64,000 nucleotides of DNA from Hydrogenophaga sp. GTDB lineage: Bacteria > Pseudomonadota > Gammaproteobacteria > Burkholderiales > Burkholderiaceae_C. Made by a program: the position numbers and the translations under genes. The stretch is from positions 9,994 through 73,993 of the forward strand of contig NZ_JADMJO010000025.1 in NCBI RefSeq assembly GCF_018780385.1, given 5' to 3'. Position 1 is the first letter of the stretch; every line of letters begins with the position of its first letter. The notes beneath the pieces are model-generated. The model did not search any database and was not told where the DNA came from. It saw nothing but the letters and a program-made list of their open reading frames with translations. Below are positions 30,227-39,709 of the stretch, one piece after another.

Positions 30227-31419
30227 GGATGGTGTTCAAAACCCCGTGCAGTCCCCGATGGTTTGAAGGGCCGAGCCGAGGAACAATTGCGTCATGAAGA
30301 AGCAAGCCGAACTGGGACTGAACCTGAGCACAAGGCGCACACGCAAGGCCGTGTTGCTGGACGAGATGGAGCTGGTGGTGCCGTGGCGCGAACTCATTGG
30401 CTTGATCGCGGCAGCCTCGCCAGTGGCCAGCACGGGGCGCCCGCCGTTCGCACACGAAACCATGCTGCGTATTCATTTTTTGCAGCAGTGGTTTGGCCTG
30501 TCGGACTTGGCCATGGAAGAGGCCTTGTTCGAGACGCCGCTGTATCGTGACTTCGCTGGTCTCTCGGGCACAGAGCGCATCCCCGACCGCGTGAGCATCC
30601 TGCGCTTTCGCCACCTGCTCGAAGAGCACCAGCTCAGCCTGCAGATATTGGCCACCGTCAACAGCACGCTGGCAGCCAAAGGGTTGTTGCTCAAGAACGG
30701 CACGGCCATCGATGCCACGCTCATTGCCGCACCCAGCTCGACCAAGAACAGCGGCGGCGAGCGTGATCCCGAGATGCACCAGACCAAAAAGGGCAACCAA
30801 TGGCACTTTGGAATGAAAGCGCATATCGGCGTAGACGCCGATTCGGGCCTGGTGCACACGGTGGTGGGCACGGCGGCCAATGTCAATGACGTGACGCAGG
30901 CCAGCGCGCTGGTGCACGGTGAAGAGAGCGATGTGTTTGCTGACGCGGGCTACCAAGGCGTGGCCAAGCGCGAAGAAGCGCAAGGCATCGAGGCCAACTG
31001 GCATGTGGCCATGCGCCCGGGCAAACGCAAAGCGCTGGACAAGGCCACGCCGATGGGGCGCGTGCTGGATGAGCTGGAGCATGTGAAGGCCAGCATCCGG
31101 GCCAAGGTGGAGCACCCGTTTCGAGTGATCAAGCGCCAGTTCGGGCATGTGAAGGTGCGCTACCGCGGGCTGATGAAGAACACGGCGCAACTGCACACGC
31201 TGTTCGCACTCTCCAACTTGTGGATGGCGCGGCACCGGCTTTTGCAGAGGGCGCAGGGATGAGTGCGCCTGCAGCGCGCCCAAGGGCCAGGATGAGGCCT
31301 CGAAAGGCCGAGAAATCGACCTCTGCAGTGTTGAAATCGATCGAAACGAGCACGGTAATTTCATGTCGCGAGATTCATGCGCTCAACGGCCTTCTCTGCG
31401 CCGGTTTTGAACACCATCC
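30227..31419 (+). mobile_element. complete IS5-family insertion sequence (1193 bp)
   Basis: perfect 17-bp terminal IRs GGATGGTGTTCAAAACC; CTAG target duplication at 30223-30226 and 31420-31423. Confidence 0.95.
30294..31262 (+). CDS. IS5-family DDE transposase
   Basis: IDATLI, KKGNQWHFGMKAHIGVD, FADAGYQG, RAKVEHPF. Confidence 0.95.
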   Translation: MKKQAELGLNLSTRRTRKAVLLDEMELVVPWRELIGLIAAASPVASTGRPPFAHETMLRIHFLQQWFGLSDLAMEEALFETPLYRDFAGLSGTERIPDRVSILRFRHLLEEHQLSLQILATVNSTLAAKGLLLKNGTAIDATLIAAPSSTKNSGGERDPEMHQTKKGNQWHFGMKAHIGVDADSGLVHTVVGTAANVNDVTQASALVHGEESDVFADAGYQGVAKREEAQGIEANWHVAMRPGKRKALDKATPMGRVLDELEHVKASIRAKVEHPFRVIKRQFGHVKVRYRGLMKNTAQLHTLFALSNLWMARHRLLQRAQG

Positions 31420-31466
31420 CTAGGGCGTTAAGCGACTGCTGTCCCGTTTGTCGAAAGACCGTTACT

Positions 31467-31669
31467 GGCCGATTTCTGAAATCTAGTCTCGGAGCTGAGG
31501 GTCAACCACCCATCAAGATGGGATCGCATACAGTAGGTATCGCCAGCCTCTTCAAACAATCGGTGGGTCTGATGGAGTTCTCTACAGGGTGGCCGGTGAA
31601 GTTCGTTGACTGAGGTGCCGAACACTGTGTCAACGGTGTCGAACTTGGTGTCCAGGAAGCCCGAAATAC
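31467..31669. repeat. inverted partner of 20528-20731
   Basis: see 20528-20731. Confidence 0.75.
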
Positions 31670-32086
31670 TCAGCTGTGATTTCGCGAAGAAGTGTCGGTG
31701 CCCTTGAACGTTCGGCGCCAGGCGCCGATGACCGCGACCGAGGATGCTATTGGGGGGAATCTCGGTGCCGGGCTCGAACTGCCGGTAATGCGCGGCGAAT
31801 GGCAGCACGTTCTCCAGCTGGCGTGCTGCAGTCACGTCGCTGAGTCGATGCACATGCTCCCGTGCCCAACCCCAGCAGGAACGCTTGCATCTGTGAGCGA
31901 CAATGGGCTACTGGAGCGGGCAGCAAGCTTCTAGCACTGGCGCCCTGCCCTCTCCCTACGCCAACCATCTGACCGCGGCTCATGCCAGCAGGAACAGCAT
32001 GGCTTGCGCGAACGCAGGCAAAGGACCCGTGCCCTGAACAGACGCAAACAGGCGGCGCGCGGGCGGCGAGCCCATCAGGTCGCTGC

Positions 32087-32554
32087 TCATCCTTCGTTCT
32101 TGGGCAACCGCGGGGTCCCCATCCATTGGGTAGTGTCGCGCTTGCGCAGCAACCCGAACTTCTCGTTCTTGACCTTGTGGTTCGTGATGCCCCAGTCCTG
32201 GGTTTTGCTGAATTCCTTGTCGCGGCCCTCAAATGCAGCGTTCACGGTGTAGCTGCACTGGACGAGTGCCTTCATCAAGTCGTCCGAACTCATGCCGAAG
32301 GCCGAGTAGCTCTTCTTGACGGTTTCCAGCTCTTCTTTGCTCACGTCGGAGCAGGTGAGGTCGCTGACCTCATAGGACTTCACGTTGTAGGTTTTGGTGT
32401 CGACGTTGGCCAAGCGCCAGGCTTTCACGTCTTCAATGCTGGGAGCAGCGCTCGAAGAGTAAGCGCTACCAAGGGACGCGTCGCCACATGCGGTGAGGAG
32501 AGCGGCCACGCTGAGCATGGCCAAGCTGAGCTTGAGAGTGCAAGTGGATTTCAT
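32087..32554 (-). CDS. lipoprotein, unknown function
   Basis: signal peptide with lipobox LTAC. Confidence 0.7.
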   Translation of the reverse strand: MKSTCTLKLSLAMLSVAALLTACGDASLGSAYSSSAAPSIEDVKAWRLANVDTKTYNVKSYEVSDLTCSDVSKEELETVKKSYSAFGMSSDDLMKALVQCSYTVNAAFEGRDKEFSKTQDWGITNHKVKNEKFGLLRKRDTTQWMGTPRLPKNEG

Positions 32555-32562
32555 CGGTTCTT

Positions 32563-33402
32563 TCAGGTGTGAGGTTTTGAGGTTGAGGCTGCTGCGTGCA
32601 TCGCCCCAGTCTTTTTCAGAATCTCAAACAAAGCCCCAGAGTCAAGGGCCTGATGGTGATTTTTTAGGGCCGTGACGGTGAGCGCGACCCACCCGTAGAG
32701 ATCGGCTGCATCGACGGGCATGGCCAGCGTGGTGGTGCCCTGGCGCAGCTTCACGTACAACACGCTTCCCTGCTGGTGCAACTCAAGACGCTTGTCGTGG
32801 TCCGGCCCGTGATTGGTCAGCACCAGAGATTCCCCCGCATATCCCATCAGCATGGCGCCCAGGAGCGGCAGTTCTCGACGCGTGAACTGGAAAGGAATTT
32901 TCTGCCCCCAATCGAAGGAACGCGGCGCCGCAGCCGGTGCCAGTTCAATCTGCACAGTGAGGCGGCTTGGCCCACCCTCTGCCGCGCGTAATACGTCGAG
33001 CTCAACCTTCATCGCAGCCTTGGCTGCGTAGATGTGCATGCCCTGATCGCGCAAGACAGCTCTCTCAAAATTGACAGCGGCGGCCACCGGCTTGCGCTTG
33101 AGCGCCGGTACGGGCGGAGCAGACCTTGTGTTTCGGGTAGAAGGCTGCACCGCTCGCACTGCCAGCGGCTCTGGGGGGACTGCTGTGACCTCACGGTGGG
33201 CTGCGCTGATGGCCTCAAGGAACGCTGCCATTTGGTCGGTTGATTCCACTCCCTTCGCCACAGCGTTCAGGAACGTCCGAGCCTGTTCATGGCCCGCTGG
33301 TTCGAGCGACTTTACGAACGCTGCGCATGCTGCATCTGATGGGGCTTTGACACCCCTGTCGGTGAGCACCTGGCGCAGCCACTTGTGCGAAAGAGCGGTC
33401 AC
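32563..33402 (-). CDS. plasmid-backbone hypothetical protein
   Basis: GTG start with GGGGAG RBS; C-terminal half FDWGQKIPFQFTRREL is beta-rich; part of a co-oriented operon. Confidence 0.6.
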   Translation of the reverse strand: MTALSHKWLRQVLTDRGVKAPSDAACAAFVKSLEPAGHEQARTFLNAVAKGVESTDQMAAFLEAISAAHREVTAVPPEPLAVRAVQPSTRNTRSAPPVPALKRKPVAAAVNFERAVLRDQGMHIYAAKAAMKVELDVLRAAEGGPSRLTVQIELAPAAAPRSFDWGQKIPFQFTRRELPLLGAMLMGYAGESLVLTNHGPDHDKRLELHQQGSVLYVKLRQGTTTLAMPVDAADLYGWVALTVTALKNHHQALDSGALFEILKKTGAMHAAASTSKPHT

Positions 33403-33421
33403 GGGCACTCCCCTGCCCTTC

Positions 33422-33598
33422 TTAGGAGCGCCCGATCGTCTTGATCTTGCCCTCTCCCTTAGAGCCCTCATAGGTCTTGAAGGCCCTTGCCGTGATATTG
33501 GCCTTAGCGTTGAGGGTGTCGGTCAGGATCACAGCACCGTACGCGGCGAGTTCACTCAGTTCGCCCACGACAAAGCGGGTGATGTCAGCTTGGCTCAT
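33422..33598 (-). CDS. 58-aa protein missed by the ORF track (MSQADITRFVVGELSELAAYG...)
   Basis: ATGA overlap with the stop of 33595-34602; fills the operon gap exactly. Confidence 0.6.
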   Translation of the reverse strand: MSQADITRFVVGELSELAAYGAVILTDTLNAKANITARAFKTYEGSKGEGKIKTIGRS

Positions 33599-34602
33599 GC
33601 TTGCATGCTTTCAAGTTCGGCGGGTCGCGCGGCACCGGCCATGCGGACCGCATCTGCGATCAGGTTGCCCGCTGTGTCGGCGTGAACGGGGCCACTCTTG
33701 CCCGCGGGTGTGACCGTCATGGCGTGGTCAGCGGTGCGGCGGCGCGCGGGCTGCTCTACTGCGTAGAAGTCTCTCACGAGCTGGAAGTCGTCGGAGAACA
33801 GCGCCATCGGGTCGCTGCTGGTCGAGCCCTCGAACAATTCATCCATCACGTCTACGAGTCCATCGGCCTGTGCCTGCTCGCGCGCCACTTTCGCCTGCTT
33901 CATGGCCTCTGCCTCGGATGGAGCATCGATGCACAGGCGCAGCAAATCGAACGCTTCGTATTGGCTGGCGGCATTGCTGGCTTGCCACATCTGCAGCTTC
34001 AGCGGCACATGGCGGAGCCCGCCAAAACGCAGATGGAGCATCCTGAGTTGCGCAGCCAGCGCGCGGTAGCTGTTGAGCGAGGACGAACGGACCTCGAAGA
34101 CGCTCAGTGAATCGTCCTGGCCCTCGATCTGAACCGTCATCTTCATCTGGCGGCGGCAGGCCACGCCCGACTCCTGCGCGAAGGCGCACACCTCGGCGCC
34201 GGGGCATGGAACGGAGGTGAAAGTCTGCGTGTGGTCGCCGGCAACGGTGATACGCGAGGCGTCCTTGCCATCGCCCGTGCACAGAGGCGCGCCGGTGTCG
34301 GTGGCGTAGGCCTTGTACTGCAGGCTGAGTGACTTGTCGGGGCGGTTGAAGAACATGCGCACTGGAATCTCAACCAGAGCGCCGGCCTGCTTGTTCGCGT
34401 CGGTGGCCAGCAGGGTTTCCTGAATCGGATGAGCAGCCAGCTTGGGCATGTCGGCACTGCCTTCGGCTGGAGCCTGGTGGTGGCGAGCGCAGACAACCAT
34501 GCTGGGCTTGGTCTTGATCGTGCCGGGTAAGGCGCCCTCCTCGCTGTCGACCTTGATGATGCCTTGTGCGAAGGGGGTGATGGCGATGGTGTTGAGGTTC
34601 AT
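33595..34602 (-). CDS. Cys-containing protein resembling the Gp3-like / 'hydrolase or metal-binding' family of mobile elements
   Basis: IPVRMFFN, PLCTGDG, CPGAEVC...CRRQMKMTVQIEG, SSSLNSY..L; recalled similarity only. Confidence 0.55.
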   Translation of the reverse strand: MNLNTIAITPFAQGIIKVDSEEGALPGTIKTKPSMVVCARHHQAPAEGSADMPKLAAHPIQETLLATDANKQAGALVEIPVRMFFNRPDKSLSLQYKAYATDTGAPLCTGDGKDASRITVAGDHTQTFTSVPCPGAEVCAFAQESGVACRRQMKMTVQIEGQDDSLSVFEVRSSSLNSYRALAAQLRMLHLRFGGLRHVPLKLQMWQASNAASQYEAFDLLRLCIDAPSEAEAMKQAKVAREQAQADGLVDVMDELFEGSTSSDPMALFSDDFQLVRDFYAVEQPARRRTADHAMTVTPAGKSGPVHADTAGNLIADAVRMAGAARPAELESMQA

Positions 34603-34666
34603 GGCGTGTTCGCTTTCGTGTGTTTTGGGATCTGCTTCATCCATGAAAACACGAAGCTTTCGAGTG

Positions 34667-35617
34667 TCAAGAGCGCTCGGCTGACCTTTTTGCAGGGAGC
34701 CCGCCATCGCGCGCCACATCCATCACCGGGGCCAGCGCCATGAGCATCTGCATGATCTCGTCCACACCGCGCAACCCGATCTGGTGCTTGCGCAAGGTGA
34801 ACTGGGTCAGCGAAACATCTTGGCTGTCGAGTCGCAAACTGACTTTGATGACATCGGCAGAACTGGCCACGGGTGAAACACTCCAGCCCAGCACCTTGAC
34901 CGACTGGTCGAGTTCGAGGAGCCAGCGACACACGCCGTCCGTGATGGAGAACTGCACCCGGTCCGGGGTGAGGATCGTCGGCATGTCCGCGTCCTCAACG
35001 TGGTGCAGGGCGTAGCCGACCACATCCTGCAGGCGCTTGTCGGACATCGTGCTGGGATCGGGCAGCGCTGGCCAGCCGCGGTCGCTGGTCAGCACCATGC
35101 AGACGAAGCCCAGACGCGGTGCCTCGGGTGGATAGTCGATGTCCTCTGCGACCGTGGTGATCTTGGCCTGGGCGTTACCGGGCATGGTGCGGTACAGGTG
35201 GCTGCGCAGCACCGCAGGACGCCATGTGCCCACCCAGTCGAACGGCCGGATGCCGTTGAAGACGGTCTTGAATGCTTTGGCGGGCAACCACCGGTCCAAC
35301 GCTTCGCTCACCGCAAAGCTGGCCGATTTCCAGTTGGAGGCGTTGCCGATGAGTTCGCTGCCTGCGGGTGCGATGACCGGCATCAGAAACATCTCGGAGA
35401 AGCGTGGGCGGTTGTCCACCCGAAAGGCGAGGCGCGACACCAAAGTGGCCATCGCCTCCTGGGCTTCTTCCTGGTCGGGCTGGCGCGCGACCACGTCCCA
35501 CATGCCGGCGTCATCGTTGCGTCGAATCGCCTCATCGAGCTCAACTTGCCACTGAGCCGATACGAGAACAGGGTGTGCGTGCATGCCAGAGTTATTGCAG
35601 TGAGTGTTTGTGTTCAT
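34667..35617 (-). CDS. hypothetical protein
   Basis: 316-aa ORF with typical codon bias heading the leftward operon. Confidence 0.65.
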   Translation of the reverse strand: MNTNTHCNNSGMHAHPVLVSAQWQVELDEAIRRNDDAGMWDVVARQPDQEEAQEAMATLVSRLAFRVDNRPRFSEMFLMPVIAPAGSELIGNASNWKSASFAVSEALDRWLPAKAFKTVFNGIRPFDWVGTWRPAVLRSHLYRTMPGNAQAKITTVAEDIDYPPEAPRLGFVCMVLTSDRGWPALPDPSTMSDKRLQDVVGYALHHVEDADMPTILTPDRVQFSITDGVCRWLLELDQSVKVLGWSVSPVASSADVIKVSLRLDSQDVSLTQFTLRKHQIGLRGVDEIMQMLMALAPVMDVARDGGLPAKRSAERS

Positions 35618-35790
35618 TTTTTTGCTACCTCCGGTTTAAGGTATCACGGCCTTCTCGTTGTTCAAGCCCCCCTAACAATGGGTCGGCACCGCGTTGATCG
35701 CGGTATTTCTTCATGCGATATGCAAGTGCGGCCTTGACATCGAGGCGCGCCGTGTTTTCATGGATCAAGGAAACACCGGAGCGACACACC

Positions 35791-36717
35791 ATGGACAACT
35801 TCACGAATTTCAGCGACGTACTGGACCTTGTGGCCGACGCCACCAAGGAAGATCAGCCGATGACGGGCTATGCCGAGGGGAGCCTGCTGTACGAGTCCCT
35901 GCCCGCACACATCTATCACGCAGACCGCGACGCGCTCAGCTGCTCGCTCCTGAAGCCGCTGCTGATCTCGCCCGCCCACTTCAAGACCGCGCTCACCGCG
36001 CGGCGTGAGGACAGCGATGCCAAGGACTTCGGCTCACTCCTCCACCTTTTGCTGCTCCAGCCGCATCTGGCCGGTCAGGAGGTGGCCGTGTATCCGGGGA
36101 TCGTTCACTCCTCCAACAAGGACTACAAGCAGTTCCTGGAGAACAACGCGATGAAGCTGGTGGTGGACGAGCCCACCTTCTCCAAAGCACGCCAGCTCGC
36201 AGCCAAGGTGCAGGACACGCTCTACAAGGGCCGTGCGCTGGGCAAGTTCATTGAAGAGGCCATGACCGAGGTCAGCCTCTACTTCGCCGAGCCCACCACC
36301 GGCCTGCAGCTGCGCATCCGTCCGGACATCTACCACCCGGATCTGGACTTCGATCTGAAGTCGACGCGCCATCCCTCGGTGGGCCTGTTCTCGCGCGATG
36401 CCGTAAAGCTCGACTACGACCTGCAGGCCTTCATGTATTCGCTGGGTCGGTCCCTGTTTGAGGGCAGCAGCAGCCCCAAGCCGTTCGTGTTCATCGCTGC
36501 CGAGACGAGCGAGCCGTTTTCGGTGCACACGCTGGCCGCCGGCGACTCATTCCTCAGCAACGGAGCAAAGAAGTTTCAGGACTGTCTGGCCGTCTACAAG
36601 GCCTGCAGCGAGACGAACCACTGGCCGGACCTGAGCAGTGACGGCGTGATCGAGATCGAGCACTGGCACCAGCACACACCATCTCGAGCCTGGACAACAG
36701 GCCAGATAGCACAGTGA
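35791..36717 (+). CDS. PD-(D/E)XK nuclease-like protein (DUF3799 / RecE C-terminal type)
   Basis: YH..RDALSCSLLK, FGSLLH, EVSLY, RIRPD, DLKST, YDLQAFMY. Confidence 0.8.
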   Translation: MDNFTNFSDVLDLVADATKEDQPMTGYAEGSLLYESLPAHIYHADRDALSCSLLKPLLISPAHFKTALTARREDSDAKDFGSLLHLLLLQPHLAGQEVAVYPGIVHSSNKDYKQFLENNAMKLVVDEPTFSKARQLAAKVQDTLYKGRALGKFIEEAMTEVSLYFAEPTTGLQLRIRPDIYHPDLDFDLKSTRHPSVGLFSRDAVKLDYDLQAFMYSLGRSLFEGSSSPKPFVFIAAETSEPFSVHTLAAGDSFLSNGAKKFQDCLAVYKACSETNHWPDLSSDGVIEIEHWHQHTPSRAWTTGQIAQ

Positions 36718-36730
36718 ATCAGAGCTGGTG

Positions 36731-37013
36731 CGTGCTGTACCGCTAATAGCGGAGCAGCATGGCCCTTCTTCAAGCAGTACGGAGCGGAGCTATGCGTGCT
36801 ACTCCGCTATTAGCGGTACAGCACGGGTGCATGCGACGCCTACGCGGGACGCGATCCTCGTCGGGGGAGGTACCTCTTCGCGGATGATTCCTACTAAATT
36901 TTGCATTTGACTGCTAGCTGAGCAGCACGCCCTTTTGGTTTTACTGTCCCCAAACAATAGGCTTGGCTTGGCAAACTTTATGTGTGCTGCTCCGCTACTA
37001 GCGGTACAGCACG
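36731..37013. repeat. three 29-bp near-palindromic repeats downstream of repA
   Basis: CGTGCTGTACCGCTA(A/G)TAGCGGAG(C/T)AGCA at 36731-36759 (+), 36797-36825 (-), 36985-37013 (-). Confidence 0.8.
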
Positions 37014-37157
37014 AACGCACGTATCGCTCTCGCAGGTTGCTATCCTGTTTTGGCTGATAGCAGAACAGCCAACCGCATAAACCGAAGTCATTCGAAAGAC
37101 TACTCACGCTTCAACGTCACAACCATTAGCAACGAGACCCATCTGGTTTACTTTCAG

Positions 37158-38465
37158 TTAACCCATGAGCTTTTCAGTGGCGAATTCTAGAAGCTGTAAC
37201 TGGGTAGGTTCACCCCAGGTCTGAAGGCCTACCCAAGTGAAGTAGGCCGTTTTGGCTGCCTTCCCTGGCTTCGCTCCAATCCGCAAGCCCGGAAGTTCTT
37301 GCTGTGCGTTGTAGCGCTGGATCAAAGCATCTTGGTCTGCAGGGTCGAGTTCATTGAAATACCCCTCTGCCTGTTTTAGCTGCTCGGCCATGTACTGCTC
37401 TATGAGTTTGTCCGCGGCGGAAGCCTTCCGTCCAGGGAGTGCCTTCTTGGCATCCGCGTTGGCAAGAGGCGAGTCCACGATAGCCCAGTTGTTTTTCAAG
37501 GCTTGACGAAGGTAGGCGGCCGGGTTTTCCACAGGCGCCGCGCGCTTGTCTGCCATCCTGCGCTTGACGTACGCGACCGCAGCGGACAGTTCTTCAATTT
37601 GGTGTTGAGTGGTCAGTCTTTTTGCTTCGGATTGCAGCAGACCGATGTTGACCATCTCCCCCACCAGCTTCATCACTCGCTCGTCATCGATCACCACTTC
37701 AAGCTGTGGCGGTCCGGGTTTGTGGACGGTGAACCAAATGTTCTTGATTCGGCGGCCCTCGTGGGTTTCCATCAGTTCAACCTGAATGTCCGCTTGTGAG
37801 TTCACCTCAGCCACACTAGGCTTGAGCACCTTTTGCTTGAAGTACTTGTACTCAAGGTATGACTTGGCCTCTGTGGATTCCCCGAGAACCATGTCCCTGA
37901 AGCTCTCCCAAGGAATCTCCGCAGTCCTGCCGATGCGCTCGAAACGGACACAGAACTCGTACAGAGCCAGCGATGAGGCCCGTCTGAACTTCGCCACCAC
38001 ATTCATGTCGATCATCGCGTACATGTCGGGGTTTAGCACTTGGTCGCGCAGTTGCGTGCTGATTCTGTAGCGGACCACCTCGGCTGTCATCTCCACATCT
38101 GGAAATAGAACGGAGGCTTTCCACTTGGGACGTTTGCCTTCAACGGCCACCACGTCCCACTCAAACACGATGCGCATCAACTCCAACGCGGAGTCTCGCA
38201 AGTACTCGCGGTTGTTGGAGTCGAATCCAATCTCTGTAGCCATGTCCGCAATGCGGATCGACCACCAACCCTCTTCGTCTGGCTTGTTCTGTACCGCGTT
38301 CTTCAGCCAGCTGTTGGATACTTTGCGCTGCACAAGCGACATCGGTGCCCGTGGCTTGCTGTGGACGACCTGAACAGCCTTCTTGTAAGGCTTGGGCACT
38401 TCAGGCACTTGGAACAGGGCAATTTGCCTAACTGCAGTGCGAGGAGTGTCGGATCGTTTTGCCAT
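37158..38465 (-). CDS. repA: Rep_3-type plasmid replication initiator
   Basis: LVQRKVSNSWL, SLALYEFC, YKYFKQKVLKPSVAEVN, GRRIKNIWF; adjacent iterons. Confidence 0.85.
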   Translation of the reverse strand: MAKRSDTPRTAVRQIALFQVPEVPKPYKKAVQVVHSKPRAPMSLVQRKVSNSWLKNAVQNKPDEEGWWSIRIADMATEIGFDSNNREYLRDSALELMRIVFEWDVVAVEGKRPKWKASVLFPDVEMTAEVVRYRISTQLRDQVLNPDMYAMIDMNVVAKFRRASSLALYEFCVRFERIGRTAEIPWESFRDMVLGESTEAKSYLEYKYFKQKVLKPSVAEVNSQADIQVELMETHEGRRIKNIWFTVHKPGPPQLEVVIDDERVMKLVGEMVNIGLLQSEAKRLTTQHQIEELSAAVAYVKRRMADKRAAPVENPAAYLRQALKNNWAIVDSPLANADAKKALPGRKASAADKLIEQYMAEQLKQAEGYFNELDPADQDALIQRYNAQQELPGLRIGAKPGKAAKTAYFTWVGLQTWGEPTQLQLLEFATEKLMG

Positions 38466-38646
38466 GAATCGCATTCTAGGGTGGAAACGCATTCAGATGC
38501 CTTCCACCAATGAAGGGATTCTTGGCTGTTGGTTTGGTTGTCACAACGACAGCCCCAACGTTGTTCTTTTTTGAAAAACACTTTGAACTCTTTAATACCT
38601 TTAGCCTGGCACAACCCCAGTGTTTATGCGGCCTGCAGCGTGCTGA

Positions 38647-39681
38647 GGTGACCATCGATGGGAGCAATGGTGACCACTTGTGGGTGTCCAGGTCATTGGA
38701 TATGGGATTGGAGTGACCAGCTATGGGTCGCAAGGTGACTGGATTTGGGACATAGGTGACCATCTATGGGAGATCTCCACAGGTGACCATTTATGGGATG
38801 CACTCGGTGCAGTGCTTGGGAGCAGCCCACCTGCGTGGTCTGGTGTCGCATTTGCACAATAGGTGTCCGGTTATGGGAACCCCGCAGCTTTGTCGGGTAT
38901 TGGTGTGTACACGCCTCTTAGCGGACCGCAAGGTGACCGTTTATGGGAAGTACTTGAGGTGACCGTTTATGGGAAGTCATGCTGGCTGCGGTGAGTGGGT
39001 GCGATTCGCTGGTGACCATCTATGGGACATGCTTCTGGTTGGTTGGCTCCCGCGTTTCGACCTGCGTTTCCAGGGACACCCCGCGACACGGTGGAAGGTT
39101 ATGGGAAGCAGTTGAGCTTGGGTGACCTATACCCATTAGACGTATGGTGACCATTCATGGGAAACCAGTAAGGTGACCAGTTATGGGAACTTGGGTAAGT
39201 CTGACTGCTGCCTTGCAAACTGGGTAGAAACAGTCCGAGGCTCTATAGGTGACCATTTATGGGAGGCTTGGGCGGAGTGCGAGTTCGGCCTGGGCGGGTC
39301 AATCCGGTCTTAGGTCGCCTCTTTTGGTGCGCTCAATGTGGTTTGGACGCTTCAAGGTGACCACTTATGGGACTCTTTTCAGCGAAATGTTACTTCTCGG
39401 TCCTGTGCGCGGTCGAAAAGAGGAGGTGAGGTGACCACTTATGGGATGCACGTCGGTCTTTATTGACGGATCTCCCATAGCTGGTCACCTTTGAGGGTGA
39501 CAACGGGGTGTTCTCCAGTAGTTGGAGAGGGTCCCCATAGAGGTGAACCGTGGTAGTTAACGTTTTTGGGAAGCTACCAGGATAGCGAGTGCTCACTGTG
39601 AGGGGACGATCAAAGGGGGGTAGAGACCTGATCTTGCCGTGCCTCAACTCATTTATCACGCCAAGGTGACCAGTTGTGGGA
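38647..39681. repeat. oriV iteron array, ~20 copies of 17-bp GGTGACCANYTATGGGA
   Basis: e.g. 38647, 38754, 38782, 38932, 38958, 39011, 39146, 39172, 39248, 39356, 39430, 39665; inverted copies near 39473 and 39533; AT-rich tract about 38565-38600. Confidence 0.92.
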
Positions 39682-39709
39682 CGGATCCAGTTGCGTCCCC
39701 TTGTTCTGA

